The notes under the pieces: model-generated | Seen by the model: only the letters and a program-made list of their open reading frames with translations | Told to the model about the DNA's origin: nothing | Database searches by the model: none | In this document: piece after piece, positions 59,971 to 64,000 of the stretch | Layout: each line of letters starts with the position of its first letter | Position numbering within the stretch: the stretch's first letter is position 1 | Translations under genes and position numbers: made by a program | Origin: an uncultured Clostridia bacterium | GTDB taxonomy: Bacteria; Bacillota; Clostridia; Christensenellales; UBA1242 | Direction: 5' to 3' | Assembly (NCBI GenBank): GCA_944349895.1 | Contig: CALVNQ010000002.1 | Span: 11,710 to 75,709 of the forward strand | DNA: 64,000 bases

Positions 59971-60472
59971 ACGTTTAAAATTAATATTGTTTATAACTCT
60001 TCCTATTTTTGCTATATTTTTAATCTTTGATTTACTAAGTAAACATTTAATTGATTCTTCATTAAGTTTAGGAGAGGCAAATGATTTTTTGCCTGGTTTT
60101 ATTGAAATTTTAACAGTTCATAACACTGGCGCTGCTTGGGGAATTTTTGCTAACTCCCAGATTTTTTTGATTATTTTAACATTTTTATTTGTTTTTGTAC
60201 TTTTTGGTTTAATGATTTTTGAGAAAACTGAAAATCCTTTATTTTACCTGGCTTTAGGATTTATTTTTTCCGGAGCAATTGGAAATCTTATAGACAGACT
60301 AGCTTTCGGTTATGTTAGAGATTTTCTTCATCTGGAGTTTTGGCCTACATTTCCCGTGTTTAACATCGCTGACATGTGTTTAACTGTGGGAGTTGTTTTG
60401 TTTATAGTTTACTTTATTTATATGATTGTAAATCATAGGAAAAAGCATAAAGAGGATAAAATTGATAACTAA
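59963..60472 (+). CDS. lspA: lipoprotein signal peptidase II
   Basis: HNTGAAWG, NLIDRLAFGYVRDF and FNIAD catalytic Asp motifs. TTG start behind AAGGAG. Confidence 0.85.
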   Translation: MNKRLKLILFITLPIFAIFLIFDLLSKHLIDSSLSLGEANDFLPGFIEILTVHNTGAAWGIFANSQIFLIILTFLFVFVLFGLMIFEKTENPLFYLALGFIFSGAIGNLIDRLAFGYVRDFLHLEFWPTFPVFNIADMCLTVGVVLFIVYFIYMIVNHRKKHKEDKIDN

Positions 60473-61370
60473 GTTTATAGTTAATGTGGATGACGTGGGG
60501 AAACGTTTGGATAAATTTATTAATTTAAATTTTCCTGATTTTTCGCGTTCTTATATCCAAAGCTTAATTGAGCAAGGCAAAATTTTGCAGAACGGCAAGA
60601 TTGTTAAGACCGGTAATAGATTAAAGATAAATGACATGATAGATGTTGAAATTGAAAAACCTAAACCTATTTTAGCAGTCGCCGAAGATATAGATTTTGA
60701 AATTGTTTATCAAGATGATGATTTGCTAGTTATTAATAAGCCACAAGGTTTGGTTGTTCATCCTTGTTCTACTACTAAAAATGGGACATTAGTCAATGGG
60801 CTATTGGCTAAAGTTCATAATTTAAGTGGGATCAATGGGATTTTAAGACCTGGAATTGTGCATAGATTAGATAAAGACACCTCAGGACTTATGTTAGTCG
60901 CTAAAAATGATTTTGCTCATAAAAAGTTGGCCGAAATGATAAAAAATAAAGAGGTAGAACGTAAATACTTGGCCCTTTTAAGTGGTGTGGTTTGGGATAA
61001 TAGTGGGCATATAGAGACTTTTTTGTCAAGAGATAAAAAAGATAGGAAAAAGTATGCTGTTTCTAAAAGTGGTAAATTAGCTATATCAAATTTTAATGTC
61101 GTTTCTCGTTTTGAAAAAGCCACTTTGGTAGAATTTTCTTTAGTTACCGGCAGGACACATCAAATACGTGTTCATAGTGCTTATATAGGGCATCCCGTGG
61201 TGGGAGATTGTTTATATGGTAAAGCAGATAAATCTTTAAAGGGACAGTTATTACATTCTTATTTTTTAAAATTTAAACATCCCCGTAACAATAAAGATTT
61301 TGTTTTTAAAATAAATCTACCAGATTATTTTCAATCCTACTTGAATAATTTAAAACCTTTTGTTTTATAA
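60462..61370 (+). CDS. rluD: RluA-family 23S rRNA pseudouridine synthase (RluD-like)
   Basis: S4 domain plus HRLDKDTSGLMLVAK (catalytic Asp) and GRTHQIRVH. Confidence 0.85.
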   Translation: MITKFIVNVDDVGKRLDKFINLNFPDFSRSYIQSLIEQGKILQNGKIVKTGNRLKINDMIDVEIEKPKPILAVAEDIDFEIVYQDDDLLVINKPQGLVVHPCSTTKNGTLVNGLLAKVHNLSGINGILRPGIVHRLDKDTSGLMLVAKNDFAHKKLAEMIKNKEVERKYLALLSGVVWDNSGHIETFLSRDKKDRKKYAVSKSGKLAISNFNVVSRFEKATLVEFSLVTGRTHQIRVHSAYIGHPVVGDCLYGKADKSLKGQLLHSYFLKFKHPRNNKDFVFKINLPDYFQSYLNNLKPFVL

Positions 61371-61397
61371 AAAAAATTGGAGCGATCCAATTTTTTT
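61371..61397. terminator. bidirectional terminator between rluD and the PH-domain gene
   Basis: AAAAATTGGA-gcga-TCCAATTTTT. The flanking genes are convergent. Confidence 0.8.
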
Positions 61398-61797
61398 AAT
61401 ATTGAAATTCACTCATCCTTACTTTATGTAGGGCACGTTGTTCTTCAATCAAATTTGAGAACATTTCTCTTACCCTGTATGGATGGGCGATATGTCTTAG
61501 TCTTAGCTCAGGAGAACGTTCATCGTTTGAATAAAGAATTACTGTTCCTGTTTTAAAAATTTTATCAAATAAAGTTTGATGTAAGCTCACATCTTGAATT
61601 CTATATACATTAACTTCATCAACGATGCTATATAATAATCCAATATCTGAAAAAACTTTAACCCATTTGTCTCCATTTTTTACAAGTGAGTATCTTGTAA
61701 ATGACCATGGCAGACCAAGATATCTTTTTCTGTCTTTCCATATTAAGTGTGCATTTACTCCATACCTTCTTTTTACTTTTTTATCTTTATCCATCAC
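61396..61797 (-). CDS. bacterial PH-domain (bPH_2/YdbS-like) protein
   Basis: 133 aa. VNVYRIQDVSLHQTLFDKIFKTGTVILYS fits the bPH_2 core pattern. Confidence 0.6.
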   Translation of the reverse strand: MMDKDKKVKRRYGVNAHLIWKDRKRYLGLPWSFTRYSLVKNGDKWVKVFSDIGLLYSIVDEVNVYRIQDVSLHQTLFDKIFKTGTVILYSNDERSPELRLRHIAHPYRVREMFSNLIEEQRALHKVRMSEFQY

Positions 61798-61845
61798 TCT
61801 TTCTCCATTATACTAATAGTAATATAATTTGAGAAAAAAGTAAAG

Positions 61846-61878
61846 AAAAAACCCAAAATATTTTATTTTGGGTTTTTT
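61846..61878 (-). terminator. intrinsic terminator of the Cys/Gly-rich micropeptide gene
   Basis: ACCCAAAAT-atttt-ATTTTGGGT with flanking A5 and T5 runs. It lies 8 nt beyond the stop codon on the minus strand. Confidence 0.8.
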
Positions 61879-61885
61879 ACTTTTT

Positions 61886-62074
61886 TTAGCACTTATTCAT
61901 GCAGTTTGAACCACAGCCACAGCCACCGCAAAGTAACAATATTAGAAGAAGTGTGCAAATATCTATACCACATCCATTATTATTACCACAGCATTGTAAA
62001 AGCATGAGTAAGATTAATATTGAGCAACAGTCGCATCCGCAACCATTACCGCCAAAACCTCCAAAAAAGTTCAT
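61886..62074 (-). CDS. Cys/Gly-rich double-hydrophobic micropeptide (YjcZ/tiny-TM-like?)
   Basis: 62 aa with 13 Cys and 13 Gly. Two units of the form [GC-rich]-[LILLMLL / LLLILLL]-[C-rich]. AGGAGG SD 6 nt before the ATG. Its own intrinsic terminator at 61846-61878. Confidence 0.6.
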   Translation of the reverse strand: MNFFGGFGGNGCGCDCCSILILLMLLQCCGNNNGCGIDICTLLLILLLCGGCGCGSNCMNKC

Positions 62075-62304
62075 ATGTACCTCCTGTATTTTTATCCTTT
62101 TGTGTGAGTGCGCTTACACATTATCATAGTATTATTTTATTTTCTTTTTTGTTACAAGTTTCGATACTTTTTGCATTATTATTTTTACATATCTGTTGGT
62201 TTTCTTCACAAAATATTTATGTCTAAATTCTTAAATTTGATTGACTTTGTTATTTATTTATATTAAAATAAATTGTTACTTAAATTTATGCTAAAGGGGT
62301 TGTT

Positions 62305-64000
62305 ATGATTAAGGATAAATCAAACGATAAAAGTAATTTATGTAAAGGGGCTTCTCTCGCTTTTGCCGGAATTCTTGCTCTTTCATTTTTTCCTTTGAAT
62401 GTGATTGAAGTTAAAGCAGATTATCTAATTTCCGGAGAAATTGGTTCAGAGGCTATCTATATTTCAAATGCTAATCAAAAATGGAATAAAGAATCTGTTT
62501 ATGAGATTAGAGCCGCTTATTTTGGCTCTGATAAAAAAATTCCTATCGGTTTATCTGATTATTCCGGTTATTTAGGAATTAATTATGATAGTGCTACTAC
62601 TGTTGAAAGTATTGAATCTTCTGTTACAGTTACTTATAAAACTTCAGGTCAAAATATAAAAGTTTCTAAATTAGATGATTCAGTTATTAAAAATGTTTCT
62701 TCAAACCCTACGAGCACCAAATATGGCACTGTGACATTGGATAATGCTGGGCAATATACAATTAATTATAGTATCACTTTAAACTTATCTGACGATACTG
62801 TTAAGAATTTTTCAACCGATTATATAGTAACTAGCGAAATCACTTCTGCTTATTTTGAATTTATTGAGAACGATTCAAATATCATTCCTTCTGTTTATGA
62901 TGTGAGCTATCAAAAAGCTAAAGGTGGTTTGAAGAACTTGAATTTAACTTTACCAAAAGTTTTTGGCGAAAATGAAAAAGAACTGCCAAATGTCGTTTTT
63001 ATCGCAAATGGAGACACCTCTTCAATTCAAACTAGTGATTATGTTGATATAACAATTTCAAAAGGATCTAAAGGCACCGCTGTTATTGAAGGCCAAGGCA
63101 GAAACTTTTTCATTGATTCTAAATATTTTAACCCAGATTCTGATGAGTTCGTTGGTTTCGGTAACTATATACTTAAATATTCTTATTATTCAAACGGGCA
63201 ATTTATCACCTCGGTTACTAAAGAATTTACAGTTAGTGAACAATATTATGAAGATTATGATTATACAATTAAAACTTCATCTTCTTTAACATCTGCCATT
63301 ACCGGAGTTGAGACAACTCTTCCAAAAATCACAGGACAAACTTCAACTAGTTCTAAACCTTCTGGAGAAACAGTTAATGTTAGTTATAAAGTGATAGCTT
63401 ACAGATTAGTTAATGGTTCCTATTCTGAAACTAAAGATGGCTCTATTGTTGATGGTAAGTTTACTCCTTGGGCAGACGGAAGTTATAAAATTGTTTATAA
63501 CGCAGAAGATTTCTATGGGAACCCTAAATCCACCTATTTCTTTATTGATGGAGTTAAAGATTCTCAAAAACCTGTCGCTCAAATGTACGATGCTTCTAAT
63601 GTCAATAACTATGTGGGCCAAAATATAAATAATAGTATTGATAGTTATATAGATGCATCAAATGATCTTAAATCTAAAACTTCAGTTAAAAATATTATAA
63701 TTTTTGCTGTTGGTGCAACTGATAATGTCTCAAAAGTTGAAGATGAAGATATGAAACTAACCAGAGTGGTAAAGAGCTCTGCAAAATCTATAACAATAGA
63801 TGACTATGCTGATTACAACTTAATTTTCGATTATGATTTTACATCTTTAATTACCAATAACAAGTATCTTGAGAACAAACTTACTGCAGCTGGTGTTGAA
63901 ATTTCTAACGAAGAATCTGTGCTTGCTTGGCTTAAAGGTAATAAATTCTTGATAGTAACAACAGATAAGACTAAAACAGTTGAACAAGGCTATGCTTATT
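62305..64000 (+). CDS. large secreted/surface protein, 3'-partial (continues beyond window)
   Basis: The frame is open from ATG 62305 to the window end (my manual translation; absent from the ORF track because no stop is reached). Signal peptide ...LAFAGILALSFFPLNVIEVKA|DY. S/T/N/Y-rich beta-type sequence. Confidence 0.7.
   Translation, partial: MIKDKSNDKSNLCKGASLAFAGILALSFFPLNVIEVKADYLISGEIGSEAIYISNANQKWNKESVYEIRAAYFGSDKKIPIGLSDYSGYLGINYDSATTVESIESSVTVTYKTSGQNIKVSKLDDSVIKNVSSNPTSTKYGTVTLDNAGQYTINYSITLNLSDDTVKNFSTDYIVTSEITSAYFEFIENDSNIIPSVYDVSYQKAKGGLKNLNLTLPKVFGENEKELPNVVFIANGDTSSIQTSDYVDITISKGSKGTAVIEGQGRNFFIDSKYFNPDSDEFVGFGNYILKYSYYSNGQFITSVTKEFTVSEQYYEDYDYTIKTSSSLTSAITGVETTLPKITGQTSTSSKPSGETVNVSYKVIAYRLVNGSYSETKDGSIVDGKFTPWADGSYKIVYNAEDFYGNPKSTYFFIDGVKDSQKPVAQMYDASNVNNYVGQNINNSIDSYIDASNDLKSKTSVKNIIIFAVGATDNVSKVEDEDMKLTRVVKSSAKSITIDDYADYNLIFDYDFTSLITNNKYLENKLTAAGVEISNEESVLAWLKGNKFLIVTTDKTKTVEQGYAY

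Noticed and set aside
61886-62074. The idea that the Cys-rich 62-aa ORF is a RiPP precursor (SCIFF/ranthipeptide, sactipeptide or lanthipeptide).
   Set aside because: There is no radical-SAM maturase, LanM/LanBC, protease or ABC exporter nearby. The peptide has two long hydrophobic helices and no leader/core organisation. A membrane micropeptide is the more economical reading.

Overview
This is a 64-kb, visibly AT-rich chromosomal segment from an endospore-forming Firmicute with a Clostridia-like gene set. All family assignments come from motif and synteny recall; no searches were run. Almost all genes are on the + strand and are core functions.

Gene order:
- Sporulation and germination block: SipL-like gene, spoIIR, sleB, ypeB, a large GLUG-repeat envelope protein, and spoVG (minus strand).
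- A dcw-type wall/division cluster: murF-ddl-murE-mraY-murD-ftsW ... murA-ftsQ-ftsA-ftsZ, running directly into spoIIGA-sigE-sigG.
- Then ylmC-like, nrdR, feoAB, der, plsY, spoIVA, rpmB, asp23/yloV, tlyA, alr, prfB (with its +1 frameshift), tsaD and a U32 peptidase.
- The CIRCE-controlled hrcA-grpE-dnaK-dnaJ operon, then rsmE, mtaB, rpsU, pcrA and ligA.
- The str operon (rpsL-rpsG-fusA-tuf), then sepF, lspA and rluD.

I found no rRNA, tRNA, CRISPR array, transposase, integrase or phage gene, and no recognisable defence or toxin-antitoxin system.

The non-core content is small but holds the interesting signals:
1. A 117-bp duplication of the ftsW 3' end brackets a GNAT gene. The two copies differ only at synonymous sites. 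This marks an accessory wedge inside the dcw cluster.
2. An unannotated 34-codon SpoVM-like micro-ORF lies between spoIVA and rpmB.
3. A strongly signalled 62-aa Cys/Gly-rich double-hydrophobic micropeptide gene.
4. A Lys-poor, GC-richer orphan 222-aa gene sits behind a sigma-K-type promoter next to alr.
5. MurF has its N-terminal domain replaced by a polytopic membrane segment.
6. A two-gene module encodes signal-peptide-less LRR_5 proteins between tuf and sepF.
7. Tandem Spo0A-box-like motifs lie upstream of an unknown gene.
8. An intrinsic terminator has a 3' arm that contains the spoIIR Shine-Dalgarno.

None of these amounts to a demonstrated new system. They are ranked as leads.
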